This document shows, in pieces, positions 1-14,279 of a stretch of DNA of 64,000 bases. The first letter of the stretch is position 1. Each line of letters starts with the position of its first letter. The DNA comes from Paraspadella gotoi (Eukaryota > Animalia > Chaetognatha), in NCBI GenBank assembly GCA_051294375.1, contig CM119264.1:3542689-3606688 (forward strand), written 5' to 3'. The position numbers and the translations under genes are program-made. The notes below the pieces were generated by a model. The model saw only the letters and a list, made by a program, of their open reading frames with translations, made no database searches and had not been told where the DNA came from.

Positions 1-807
1 TAAACGCTTAACCTCCTCGACAGATCTTGCAATTCTTTGATCTTCATCTTCCTCTCTTACTCTTCCTCTCCTCTTCTTTTAAACATTCTCTTCCTCTTAC
101 TCCTCCTCCTTATTCGCCTCCTCTCCCGCGAAAAATCTTCTACAAGCCGTTCGACCACTCCACGGCCTCCGCCACTCCCCACAGCTGCCTTTATTCGATT
201 GACCCACCATCCACCAACTGTCGCACCCACACGCGATGTTTTTCTCCACAGCTTATCGGATCGAACTGACATTCGCCGCCGCCCACCGTCGCCCACCGCG
301 CGAGGCAAACGCAGGCTAAACCGCCGCCGGAAGGGATAGAGCTCATAACCAACCATACCAATTCCGGAGTCATGGAAAGATATCTTTAATTTACTACTTA
401 TAAATTAATATATTATAATTAGTTGTACTAATTTGATAACAACTTTATGAGATATTCCCTATTCTTTTTTTAAACTAAAATTGATTTATGCTTTTCCTTT
501 CTTTCTCTCTCCTGAAATTATCGGTGCCGGACAAAAGAAAAGAAAAAAAAGATGAGCGACACGGAAAAATAAATGATGTTTGAACCCATTAAGATAATTA
601 AATGGTTCCGACTAAAGTGCAGGTTAATCGCACCTCTTTTTTTTCCTATTTAAAAATAATTAAAAAAATTTGAGAAAAGAAAAAAAAAACTTGTGCATGC
701 CATTTTTTTAAAACGGAGAAAAAGTAAATGGACTTTCGCGTAGAAGAAAAATCGTCGATGCTTCGATGTAGCGAATTCTAAAACAGAAAATAAATACTTT
801 TTATTCT

Positions 808-901
<94 letters not shown>

Positions 902-1259
902 ATTAAGAGAATAGGCCCGTAAATTGGCGGAGATAGAAGACGCCTAGAGAAAGAAAAAATGGCTCAATTCGAGAATTGCGAATTGAAAAACGATTACGGA
1001 AGAAGACAGAGGATTGGAGAAAAGGAAAAGAAGGTAAAGAAAAAAAAAGGAAAGATTAAGAAAAGAGAAAAAGAAAGGCAGAGAGGAAGGAAAAAAGGAA
1101 GGGAAACGAAAGTAGGAAAATGTTGGTTTGGAAATAAAGGGAAAAGGAAAAGAAGATGAGGGGAAGAAAGGAAAGCGAAGGATAAAAAAAGGAAAAGGAG
1201 AAAGGGAGATACTAAGAGAGGAAGAGTAATGGATTCTAGAGGAGCCGCGCAGAAGAATT

Positions 1260-1317
<58 letters not shown>

Positions 1318-2339
1318 AGGAGAGAGAGAGAGAAAATGGAGAAAAATAAATAAAAGATAGGAAAAAGAGAATAGAAAGTTTTCTTTAAAACGATCATAGT
1401 CCGTTCTACCTTCGCTTGACAAACCAGTGGTTTTTCGTTTCATCTTTTCAATTACACGGGCGTTTTTTTTTTATCCTCTGATTCCCAAGGAATTTCCAGA
1501 TCAAATCAAAGACAAAGAAAACTAAAAAAAATAGTAGTAAAACAAAGCGAGAAAAGAAAAAATTTTTAAAAAGGAGAATTCTAAATGCCCGATGGAGAAA
1601 AAAGCGATAAACAAAACAAAATAAAAGTAAGAAAAGAGAACAATGCAGAAACTGGAGGTTTTTACTTTGTTTTGAAATTGTAACGCTGTTACAGCCGATA
1701 AGAGAAACAGTTCGGTTGAAAGAAATGATTTGTTAAACTTTAGTTTCCAACGAATCGCATAGTCCACAGAAAAAATCTCGTCTCGCGCCTTTGTACAAAT
1801 ATAACAGTCCACCTACTTAATTTACATTTAACACCCTCCTATATTTATCCTCGTTTACGGTTTAATTTTTCAATCACCCACTCTATATCTCTCTCTGTCT
1901 CTCTCTCTTCCTCTTGTATCTCTCTCTCTCTGTCTCTCTCTCTCCGTCTCTCTCTCTCCCCCATTTTCGGACTTTTTCGGGGTCCGCGTGACAATCAATC
2001 ATAACGACAAGGAAAAAGAGGAAACTATTAGTTTCCTTTGTCTTTTCTCTTTTCGCTTCCTCCTTTTTCCTGTTTCCTCCGGTTACTGTCGTCCTTCATT
2101 ACTTTCTCATTTTTTATCTCCTCTTTCATCTTTTTTCTTTTTACTCCCCTCGACGCGGCTTTAGGCGCTTCTTTCTTTTTCCGCTGAATTAACCCCGAAA
2201 AGGTAAGTTCTTTTTTTTTACTTTAACCTTTTTCTCCCCATCGTTGAGCTACGATTTATTTTTCCAACTCTGTGGCGCTCTGGAGACGTGGAAGGACCGA
2301 GTGCGACCGCACGACGAGAAATCGTCCGGGGGAAAAGGG

Positions 2340-2552
2340 TGAGAAAGTGAGGTGAGGTGAGGCGGGGTTGTTGCAAAGGGGTGAGGCGGGGTTTGGCAGG
2401 GTGAGGCGGGGTTTGGCAGGGTGAGGGCGGGGCGGGTTGGCAGAGTGAGGCGGGGTTGGCAGGGTGAGCGGGGTTGGCAGGGTGAGGCGGGGTTGGAGGT
2501 GAGCGCGGGGTTGGCAGGGTGAGGCGGGGTTGGCAGGGTGAGGCGGGGGTTT
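2340..2552. repeat. G-rich minisatellite, ~19-20-bp unit
   Basis: Tandem GGGTGAGGCGGGGTT(T)GGCA. Confidence 0.85.
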
Positions 2553-3047
2553 TTGGCATAGGGTGAGACCGATGGGTGACAGAAAGCGGAGGCACAGCGG
2601 CCAGCCTCAGCGAAGCGGCCGTCTCGGGCTGACGTTTTTGTTTTGAGAGCAAACTTACCTAAATCTTATCTCCGAGGTGAACACTACTGAGTTAATCTTC
2701 GATTTGGGAAACGCAATAAGTAATTTCTCTATCTCCCCAGATTACTTTTTTTTTAAAATTTTTCGTATATTATAATTCTTATAAGAATGAGACTATGGAA
2801 TTTTAAAAAAGAGGCAAGTAAACAAGAATGAGGCGAATGAACGGTTTAGAACGAACTTTTTTACCCCGCGTTTCCGGCCGCCGCCGCCGCCCGCCGCGCC
2901 GCTGCCGCCGGCCACTATTTCCGTTTTTCGCAAAAAGTTTTTGAGTTTTCGTCGGAAAATCCCGGTCATGATTCCAATCGAAGTCGCGGGGCGTGCGAAG
3001 GCGGCCTGAGGTGGCAGGTGGGTAGAGGTATGCAGGTTGGTGTTAGA

Positions 3048-3089
<42 letters not shown>

Positions 3090-3240
3090 CGAGTCGGTCG
3101 GTAGAGAGGAGAGAGAGAGTCATTAATTTCTTACCCCTGAAGTCTTCTTCCGTTTCAAAACCGCAGGCGATGGCCTGAGAATTTAAGATGAACATGTATG
3201 AGTGGAGTCTGGCATTAAAAGTTTTCACACAGCCATATTC

Positions 3241-3507
3241 AGTTGTAGACCCGGTCGCTTATTGAGTGATAACCATCAGCTCATGACCAACAAAGGTACC
3301 GGGAATCCATACCCCAATGGTATATACCCTCGCGGGAAGCGGTGAGGACGGTCCGTAAACCGCCTTGGCGTTGATTAGCCCCTCAAGCCTGGTTCCAAAG
3401 CCCCAAGATCCGTTTCCCGTGGCTTGCTAGAGGGGTCAAAGAAGTTGCGGAAAAGCACTCTTCTTCCGCACATCATAAGCGCCTTATCGCATGACATGAC
3501 ATGACAT
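3241..3507 (+). mobile_element. tRNA-derived SINE, family A (copy 1)
   Basis: Homologous to the reverse complement of 13450-13664. tRNA-like head (..CATCAGCTCATGACC..) and an (ATGAC)n tail at ~3491-3507. Confidence 0.6.
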
Positions 3508-6199
3508 TAAGAAATCAAAAATGTGTTATTTGGCAAAGATTTGAATACCATTTAATCTTTCTCGGCGTTTTGTGACGATAATCAAAAACGATTCGACGGT
3601 CGAAGACTCAATTTCTTTTTTTTCTTTTAGCGCAACAAGAAAATCGAAGACTCGAATCTTTGTGCTACGACACTTTTTTGAAAGGTGAGCAACAGTAAGT
3701 TCGACCACTCAGAAGCAAAGCAGGATGTAGAGATATTTCCGCGGGCCCAATATCCTTGCAGTTTAAAAAACTGTTAAACTTCGCGGCAGTTTCGGGAACT
3801 ATAAGCTATAAGTTCACCGCAACTACGCCCTGCCGGCCGGTCTTCGCCGGGGATTTCATTCCGCGGCAAATCCCGCCCCAATTCTTGACGGGGACAAGAG
3901 CAATGGGCCAACTTAATCTATGCTCTTCTGTGTCTCTTCTCTATCTCTCTTCTTCTCTCCTTTCTGCTCTTCTTTTTCTGTTCTCTATTTTCTCTCTCTC
4001 TCTCTCGTTCTCTCTCTCTTTTTCTGTCTCTATTTCTCTCTCTCTCTATTTCTCTAATTCTCTCTCTATTTCTCCCTCTCTCTCTCTCTCTCCTCCTCTC
4101 TCTCTCCTTCTATTCTCTGCTCTCTGCCTTGTGTGTGTCTCATACTTTTCCTTTCTCTCAAAGAAGAAGAAGACGAAAAGAAAGATAACGAAAGATATGA
4201 AAAAACAAGAAAAAAAATTTAGAAAAGAAAAAAAGAATAGGAAAGAAAAAAAGAAAAGAAGAAAGAAAGGAAGAAAGAAATAAAAAATAGAAAAGAACAG
4301 AAAAGAGAAAAGAAAAAGAGAAAAAAATCAATCTATGCAATCAAATCAAATTAAGTTTTGCGTAAACAATTAATTTATTATTCTTAATTTATGTTTTTAA
4401 CTGATTAGTGATTAATATAATTAATTATCACTAATGATCGTGGGCAGATTGACATTGTTGTTTGCTCAATACTTTCTTTTGTTAAAGACTGTCCTTTTGA
4501 AGTTAGAGGCTTAGGGTTAGGTACTATTTTTTAGTTTGTTATGGTAGTGTATTTAGTTATTGAAAGAAAAGAGGGAATGAAAAAAATATTTTTTTTCTAG
4601 TATTCGGGCTGCAAAACTAAAAACATAAAAAATAAATTTTATATAAATAAATTTATCTACGGAAATGAAACTGAAAACAATAAAAACGTTTTTTTTAAAC
4701 TGAATATATTTTATTTCTTGAATATTTTTTTAGAATTATTTTATATTAAATAATTTCCTTCAGCATATTTCTTTTATTCATTATGAATAGAATTATTTAT
4801 TCTACTAACTTTCAATTTTTTTCTGGTATGCAAAGAACCGAATCTTTCTCAGCTATCAAGCAAAATATTATTTTATTTTAATTAGGATCATTAATATTTT
4901 TTATAGATTTCAGTTAAAATATTTTTTATAACAAGGACTGCCTAATGATATACGATTTTGTGATTCGGGCCGGGATAGGCGCTTCAAATGTCATCCCCAA
5001 TCAATAAATAGGTGGGGGGATCTCGCCGTGGACTAATGCTGTTGCTGAGGGCTTCAAAAGTCATCCCCAATCCCAAAATAGTGGGCGGGGGATTCCGCCG
5101 TGGATAATGCTGGAGGGCATTCAAAATGTTAATTCCCATGAAAAAATAGTGGCGGGGATTCCCTAAAACAAGGGAAAGAAGAACAGTTTTCGTGAACAGA
5201 AAGAGCGGCGCAGTTGAAACTGTCCCCTTATAGCAGTTCACAAACCTGCGCCTTTTGGACGGGCGTAATACTTTGGCGAGGATGTACTCCTCTTAACCTT
5301 CTAATCGTGGGCCATGCGAGAGGGTAACCTAATGCCATAAATGTCCCCCATGCTCAAGAATGCTGACCGAAAATGCCTCGCGTCGGCCATAAGATGACTC
5401 CCAAATCCTTACCCAATGCCCCGCCTCTTAAGATGAAGTGAACATTGTCTTGTTGAGTGTATGTGTCAAGAGCCGGAACGAGTAAACGGGAAGAACCGCG
5501 TTGGACGATTCCAACCAACGCTCAGTCCGATCGTTTCATCAACACACCCACCAACTGGGAATACGAAGGGGGGGGGGGAAGAGGGGTCGTGAGTCGTCAC
5601 TTTCATTATTCTACGTCGACTTCAAATTTAGTGAAAGTGGAGAGATCACGTCCTTGCTACATCACTTACTGTTGCGGGGTCTCTACTTCCATTAAACTAA
5701 TCATTGTCTCCCGTTAACTGAGGCGATTTGTGTCCTAAGTAATGCTTTGTTTGCTTATATCTTTACAAATGTATTCACCCCGATACAGGTTCGCCAAGGC
5801 ATAAGCATATTGTTCTTGGAGGACATCGTTTTAATCTTCTTGAGTTTCAATAAAATTAGTTATTCTATTGAAATGATTGTCAGCGTGGATAATCTGGGCG
5901 TTTCCCTTCTTCTAATATTTTTATGGACGCACGATATTCGCATTTCCTTGACTTCTAAGTCTACAGGGTCTTTCCAACAGACGCTTTTTGTCTTTTTCCA
6001 AGTTTACCCGCACGAGATTCGTGTCCTTTCTTTGCAAGATCAGAAACGAAGATCTCGACGAGAGTATGTTAATTAACTTTGTAAGAGGAGGAGAGAAGAA
6101 AAGTGAGAGCTTTAACATCGCAAGTGATCAGAGAGCGAAGATTGAAGGAAAAGAAAGAAACAGAAAAAAAATTTTTTTAGGAAGCAAAAACTGAACGCG

Positions 6200-6291
<92 letters not shown>

Positions 6292-7290
6292 AGAGATTTA
6301 AATTATCCCCTCTTCAGCTAATGCGACGTCAAAAGATGAAAATTAATCAGATGAAAATTGAATTGTGTTTTTTTGGTTTGGCGCAGACGCCGACACAATT
6401 AAGGCACTTCCGGTCGGTCTGTTCTTGTCAAAAAAAACAGTTTTTATCCATTTAACAAGTCTTTCCATCGGGTGTCGAATGAGGAGCGGCAAAGACGAAG
6501 AGACAAGAGGAATGCGAAGAAAAAAGCAAAAAATACAAAATTAAAGTCATGAGAGAAAAAAGAGAAACGTGTAGTGATTAGGAAACTCTTTCTTCTCTTC
6601 TTTTGGAAGAAAGACAAAAAAAAAAGGTGGTGGAAGTCAATGGGGAGGCAGCGCATCATTCAATAACCCGAGAGCCTCTTGAAGATGCAAAAGGAAAAAA
6701 AGGAATAAGAAAGGAAAATAATAGTTTTCGATCTTAAAAGACGCTTGCTGATTTTGCTGCATCTAGCCGCATATTGTTGCATCTGATGCAGCTGTTCGCC
6801 ATCTTCTGCCATCTCTAGCCTTTCGGAGTGATCTGCCACCTCCTTCTGGTCCGTGGGAGCGTCAGTTTCACAGCCTCTGGCGCCCAAACAGGCGGACAGG
6901 ACTCGATCGGAGAGAGAGAAGAGAGAGAGAGAGAGGAGTAGAGAGAGAGAGAGAGAGAGGCGCGTTTCCCTTCCATGCTGTCATCTTTATTTCCTAGTTT
7001 AATTTCTTGACACTTTCATTCAAAAAATATTATTTCTCTTTTAAAAAAATTGGAAAAAACTAATGTTTTTGTTTGCTTGCTTGATTATTACATTTTTTGT
7101 TTGATTTAATTATTTTAATTTTATTTTATTTTACAATGTTTGAGGTTATAAAATGCCAATTGGCGACTTTTTCCCATCAGGCTGTTCCATAGATTTTCAT
7201 CAGTTGTCCTCTGAAAATATAATAATAATCGCGAAAGAAAAAACAACAGTGACTTAGAAATTCTGCTGGTAATTTTATTTTCGCTGAGTC

Positions 7291-7310
7291 ATGAGGATGA
7301 TGAAGATGAA

Positions 7311-7341
<31 letters not shown>

Positions 7342-7393
7342 GTGATGATGATTATGATGGTGATGATGATGATGGTGAGGATGATTATGATGG

Positions 7394-7443
<50 letters not shown>
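7291..7443. repeat. (GAT)n microsatellite
   Basis: Imperfect GAT trinucleotide run. Confidence 0.9.
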
Positions 7444-7445
<2 letters not shown>

Positions 7446-10400
7446 CAAATGAAGAAAGTGGGAAAATTATGGAATATGAAAGAATAAGTGTGAGAGTGTA
7501 ACGGTGACTAATAACTAGTTAGTATAAGAGTGACAATGTTAGTGTAAAAAATGGTCGGTTTTTCAAGTTAAGCAGAATTGTGACAGTCGTGGAACCACAA
7601 AAGAGAATGCAGAAAAGAGAAAAACCGTTACTGCAGATTGGCAACCAAAGATGATGAATCTCGTACGCCCTCTCGCCACTCTACCATCAATCATACTCAC
7701 CAACCTCCAATATCCTCCGTCCAAATGTTGATTTGCTTGATGAATGAACTCCCGCGTCCGAGTTGAGTTGATTCTACTCATACGATTCAATCATATGGAT
7801 TCTTATGTACATTATTTTGGAATCCCAGAGTCCGGATCGGATCCTACTTATTCATTATCATGCGCCAAATCCATATTCCGTGATAGTTCCCTATATTGCA
7901 TCGTCTATAATACATTACAAAACTAACTTGGTGTGCCCAACTTCCAGGTATACCCCTACCTCTTAGTTTAATATCATGCCTCGCCTTCAGTAAACTATTT
8001 GGCTGCCTTTTTCTTCCCTTTTGCCCTTCTTTTATATCTCTTATTAATAGCCGAAATAATGTTTCTTGGCTCTTATCTTCCTATTTCTTTCGCTTCTTTT
8101 TTTCAAGACAGTTTCCCGCCCCACTGTGTTTGGTATTCCCTAAAAAATTCCGTGATGCGTTTCGTTGGCGGGAAAACTGTCCCAGCCTCTCTCTCGTCTC
8201 CTCTCATCTCTTGCTCTCTCTCTCTCCTCCTCTCTCTCTCTCTCTCTTCCTCCTCTCTCTCTCTCGTCCTCTTCCTCAATCTCTCCGTCTCCTTCTCTCT
8301 TCTCACCATTACACGCATATTGTCTTTATATGCTTTTATATTTACGTATGATACCATCGGGTACACATCGCCCTAACTATCATTACGCATCAATGAATGT
8401 TACTATCATCATAGGCATTGGATCTCTTATATGCGCTTTAAGATTTTATTCATTCTATGATTTAATTTATAATTCGTTAGTTAAATTGTTAAATGTAATA
8501 TATATATATCATATCTCTCTCTCTATATATATCCCATAGCCTTGCACTATCTCTTCCCACCCACAAAATTAGGTTGCCAACGTGGTGGTCGGGCTTCCAC
8601 ATTTCCACCATGGGCCTCGGCACCAAACAATGAAACTCGGCGTTATCGCGGACGCTTTCCTGGACAAAGCCGCCTGGTTTTCTAACTGATGGCTCGTTTT
8701 TTGGGGACTCTTCGCATGTGGCGATTGTTAAGAAATAAGATTGATCTAATCGACAGAATGCGATCTGCTGGAACATCGGGGGAGGATTTATATTGCGGTC
8801 TTCCTGTGTCTCTGCATCGACGAAAAAAAGGAACGCGAAAGATCCGATTTCATTCACAGAAAATCAAACGAAGGCTTGAAGGCGAATTTTCCTGACGCCT
8901 TTCGGTGAATGTGTGAATCGCCGAACCTGGGAGAGTGAACACTCGAACACTTGAAAACGGCCCTGCATAATCCAGGGCTAGTGAAACGATTTCCAATTAT
9001 AAACGTATATTCAGTCTATTTTGATTAATCTCTTTTTAAGCATTATCATTAAAAGATCAGAAATTTTATGTGCATGGGTAAAAGGTCTAATGGAAGGGTT
9101 GACGTTTTTTAACTTTAACTTTTTTATTTCATCTTAAAAACTACGAGATAATATTGGTTCACTGCTATACAATCACGTAGTACGCTTACGAAAGACACAA
9201 AGAAGACGTACCATAAAATTACAACTAACCTCATATCTTTCCTTTCGCCAGGTTTTATCCGCAAGTCGAACTTCGGGGCACCTTGTTTAAAAGTCGTCAA
9301 CAAAAAGACTAAAGCTCATTAACTCCTCTAACGTCTGCCAATTATTACTTCAAACGACGGAACTCATTCGGCCAATACTTCTTTACCTTCAAGATACTCC
9401 CTCACAAGCAACGTCGTCTCTCATGTCACCAAAAATTCGCCCGTCGACTTTAATTGCCGAAAATCCCTTCCGTCCTTGTGGGGCGTCTCTATGGCCGTCA
9501 AGCGACCGGCTTTGCCGATGGGCGCCGTATCTCGTGGCCGGAGCTCCCTAATGTGGGAAACCAGATTCTTTCCTTCGATCGACACTGGCGAGACCTACGG
9601 CATTCCGTATCTCTCTGCAGCAGATCAACGGGTTTTGGCGGAAAGAAGTTACGAACTTTATTATATCTTTTTTAGTTCTCTCTCTTCTCTCTCCGATTTT
9701 GCGTTTTACAGAAAGTATTTATTATTCAGCTTTTAATTGAATATATTTATATAGTATATTATTATTAAATTGCTTTTATATCGTTTGTTATATTTTTCAA
9801 TCTTTTCGAATCGAAAGTTGCAGAGCTATATAAATTAGAGACAGACAGACGGATACAGCTCTCAAAGAAAGGAAGGAAAAAGAGTGGAACCATAAAGAGT
9901 TGATGCGGGAAGACAGCAGAAGATAAAACGGAAAGGAAAAGAGTCAGTTATAGACTAGAGCCGTTAAGTAGAAACGCCCCTTCTTCTTTCCTGGCAATTC
10001 CCTTCGACTTCCCCCTTTTTTATTGTGGACGCCGTAATTCTTTTTATGATCGAGGGAAACTTTGACAGCAAAAGCTATGAGTTGCTGTTTAATTTAAAAT
10101 ACGATTGTCTTCTCAAAGTACTCTTTTTTTTACGACGTTAATTTATTATTCAATAATTAAAAAAGAAAATTAGAGTAGCATGACACGTTGTCAAATCTTT
10201 ACTTTTTTCATAAACCTTCTGTTTCCTATTCTTTTCTGTACCATATTATTCTTAATATTTTTTCATCCCCTTTTCTTCCTTCTTTTTCCGTCCTCTATCG
10301 TTCCTATTATTCTTCCCTTTTACCTTGACTTGTTCTCTCTTCGTCTCCTCTCTCCATCTTTTAATTCTTTTCTTTCCTCCCTCTTTCTTTCTTCCATCAC

Positions 10401-13400
10401 CACAAAACGAGTTCGATAAAAAAAAAATAAAAAATCTGTCGTTTTTTACTCCAAACCCGTTTTTTTTTTCTCCTCTTAATCCAACACGAAACCCAGCTTT
10501 TCTCCTACGAGTTACGAACGATTTTCACATCTTCTTGGCATTCGACTCTCTGTCTCGACCACTGTTTTTGTCTTTTTTTTACTTTTTTTCTTTTTTTCTT
10601 TCTTCTTTGCATCTCCTGTCTTCTTGTACGAACAAGGATGTACTTAATTACTATGTTTTATGTTATATATATATTATAATATATATAATATATGTATATA
10701 TATTTCTCTTTTTATTATTATATTATTGTACGTATTTCTTTTTTTTACCCTGTCTGCTATATTAAAGGCCATTATATTCTCTATATTTCCCTCTCATCTG
10801 CCTCGGAAGCTGCGGAGACAAGAAAAATTAACTGTAACTTCCCTTTCGAACTTGATTGTTTGAAATTTTAAAGCGGATCTCCGCTTCTCACGCACCAGAA
10901 AAGCAAATTCTTTTTAATATATTTTGTTTTTTTTTTAAATTTTTTTTACATTTTAAACGTTTCAAGAATTTTAACCTTTTGCTTTTTGGGTATTTTCGTT
11001 TTGTGTTTTTTTTTTTTTTTTTTTTTTTTTGTCTCATTGTCTTTCGAAATTATGGGCCAAAGAAAATTGATTTTCGCCGTTAGCAAAAAGTGAAGACGTG
11101 CTATTCGTTGATACTCTCTCTCTCTCTCTTTCTCACACACAAAAGCGTGAACGGTCGCCGTCGAATTTGACCTCGAGAAAACACAGTCTTCATCATATTT
11201 CCTTTTCTTCCAACTCTCGCTTCTATTAATATACTCAAACTAATATAAGCAAATGATTGGAAACGAACTAAGCAACCTTGATATGGAACCCTGCGTCCCC
11301 TGATAACTTTGTCCGCGATATGCTCTTTGTAACTTTCCGCATTACAACCACCTGTTATGGTGACTTGTCTCTTTGTCTTATAAGTTAATAGGACGACACT
11401 GATGAGAAATAAAGTTTAGTTTACAAAATCATTTTGCATTTTTATAAGTCATTAGTATTACCAATTAAACAATTGATACAATTTCGGTCTTCCTTGGGCG
11501 GATTAACGATTAAGATTACGGATGGATGCGACGCGTTTTATAGGAAGTATGGCCCTCGTGATCTCTAAGTTGGCGTCCGTTCTACCTCCGCCCAGAGAGT
11601 TGACGTGAGCGGCGGCCGGTGACGGCCGGCCGGCTGCTGCGGCAGGCCCTGCTTCGAACTAAGCTGCGAGAGGCGACAACGCCGTAATCGTGGGTGGCTC
11701 CAATACATCATCGTCTACCCAATAATTCTTCCCGTTTTCTCCGTCGGTTGTGAAGGAGAAAAAGATGGAGCAGAGAAGGGAAGGGAGGGACTGTACCACA
11801 TTCCATGGCGTGATCTTTGGACGTGAGATGAGGCAACGAGAGAGAGATATATCAAGTCATGCCGTCGCGGACCGAGCCTCAACGTCGCGTATCTTTCTGT
11901 TCCCGCTAGGGACGAGTGGGAATTGCGAAGGTAGGAATAAAGGATGTGGTTGATTTTAAACGGGAGAAACGGTCCACTAACCTTGAAGAAAGAAAATGTG
12001 GTTCCTGTTGTGTTAGTTGTGACATAGAGAGACATCAGTATTGAGAAAACACAAAGGTTATTTTGGTGGCGGGGTAAAATAAGGGTAAGGTGGGACACAT
12101 GAACGCGAGGCTGTCGTTGGTGGGAGAGAAGAAATGGCGAATCCTAGTTTTTACCAAAAAACTGAGTGTTGGGAAACTAGACGAAACTACGGACTTAAGT
12201 ACGATTGGGGGCAACAGCCCTTTGCGAAGCGGATGATTTTATAAAAGAGACCTGGGATGGAGAGGACCGACCGAGACGAGAGAGGAAACGAGAGATCAGA
12301 GTTGAGACGAAGAGACGATACTTCTCCGTGCTTTTTTGTTTAGAAGAGAATTGTAAAAAACAATAATTAACTATAGTTTTTCCTTTCTGATATTTCTTAC
12401 TTTATGATGAAGTTCTCCGTGTGAATCTTAAATTTAGTATTTTAGATTTATTGATTTTCTGTTTTTCAATTTTTTTTTTCGATTTATCCACTTCTTTACC
12501 TTTTATTGATTTGAACGTTTCATTTTTAGTAAAACGAAGTTTCTCCATTGTTTTAAAAACCTAGTCAACAGGTTTACAGTACCATTTTGCTTATCTAAGT
12601 CTCATTTCACCATAATGCTTTCGCTACTTCTAAACTCCTTTTCTTGCATTCTTATCGTTTTATTTTATTCATTCTTTTCATCTTTCTTTCTCTTGCATAA
12701 ATGTTTCGCCGTACTCACGAGTCATTCTTTGTTTCGCAGCTTTTTTCTTCTACTTTTTTTGTTGTTCTGTTCACTTTCAAAGTCGCGGGATTTGCCACGC
12801 CCTCTCTTTCTTTCTTTCTTCTTTCTTTCTTTCTTTCTTCTCTCCTTTCCTTTCTTTCTTCTTTCTTTTCTCTTCCTTTCTTTCGTTCTTTCTTATTTTC
12901 ATTCTCCTAGCTCTCATCTATCTCTCTTACTCTGTCTCTCTCTCAAAGCGATCACTTATCATAATTGGGAATGTGTCCCACAATCATCGAAGCTTTTGGT
13001 GAGAAAAGTGATGACATTTTTAGAAATTACATCTCTGCTTTGGAGGAGAGTAAAAATGTGAATAAAAAAGGATTAACGGCAAAAAGATTTTTTAAGCCTT
13101 ATACTAAATACTAATACTAAAACTCTCAGAAAACATTTGGGCATTGAATAAAGAGTGGGCCTTTTATTATATTCATTTTATATTATTTTTCTTTTGAATG
13201 AATAAACGAGACTGTGAGTGATTCAAGATTGAAAGCTCGCAGGGTCCTTTATGTTATTATCTTGTCAGTGCGATGGAGGACTTAAATCACCCTAGGCTGT
13301 CCCAAGTCGTGGGCGAGATATATCCTAATTTTTGATTGAATGGATAATTCCTATATTGGTTGTACTAATAACAAGCTTTGTACTACATAGATTGCCTCTT

Positions 13401-13449
13401 TTAAGATCAATACATTCCGCCCTGACATTTTTCATTCTCGTCACTGTGT

Positions 13450-13664
13450 GGATAAGGCGCTAAGTGGGCTGAAGATGACTGTCCGCAACTTCTATAACCT
13501 CCTCTAGCAGCCATGGAACGGGTCCTGGGCTTGGAACCAGGCTTGAAGGTTTGCCACCCCCCCAAGGCGGCTCACGGCCGTCCTCACGCTTCCCGGGATT
13601 TAACTCGATACCTGGTGGTCATGAGCTGATGGCTTTACTCAATGAGCCACGGGGTCACAACTGT
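13450..13664 (-). mobile_element. tRNA-derived SINE, family A (copy 2)
   Basis: The minus strand reads GACCCCGTGGCTCATTGAGTAAAGC (A-box-like), CTCATGA, then GAGTTAAATCCC (B-box-like). The body shares AAGCCTGGTTCCAA..AGCGCCTTATC with copy 1. Confidence 0.6.
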
Positions 13665-14040
13665 AAGTGTCATGTTTATAGGCGGGGTGAACCTAGGCAA
13701 TGCCCGACTACAACTGCTTCAACTCTTTTCCTTGACCCTGTTATCAATTTTAACAGATTCCGTTCCTCGAATTTCCTCCGCCCCTATCCGCGCCCCCCCT
13801 CACAAAAAAAAAGAATCTTGGTTCATCCAGTGAAGATAATCGCCATCTTTTATGGGCGAAACGAGGAAAGAAAAAAACTTGGGGTGAGACTCGCAGATGC
13901 TGAGGGGAAAGGCTGAGTGGGTGAGTGATGTCCGAGTGTAACAATGGGTCAGTGACGTGATGGTGGGTTGCTGTTTTTGTGACCGTCCACTGCATGGTAG
14001 AGCCGGTTGAGTTTGTTGGGTGGGATTCGGATTTATAACC

Positions 14041-14279
14041 GGCCTTACTTTCCCAGAGGGCCCCCATTTCCTCTTAAATTTCCAATTAAATTCCGATCAT
14101 GGATTAAGTTTTAAGGTTAGGATTAAAGATTCGGTTAGGGTAAGATATTAGTATGAGGGATTAAGGTAAGAGATTAGGTTAGAGGTTTGATAATAGATTA
14201 AAGTTAATTCTTAAAGTTTAAATTACAGTAAGTTCCGGGATTAAGGTACTAAAATGGGTTACTTTTGGAAAATAGAGCC
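14041..14279. mobile_element. MITE-like element of the same family as 42246-42758
   Basis: Left end GGCCTTACTTTCCCAGAGGGCCCCCATTTC and right end AAAATGGGTTACTTTTGGAAAATAGAGCC, with degenerate TTAGG(G) repeats between them. Confidence 0.45.

Noticed and set aside
11640-12120. Coding-like GC-balanced stretch
   Set aside because: The + frame has multiple stops and no motif I could recognise in either direction; left unannotated.
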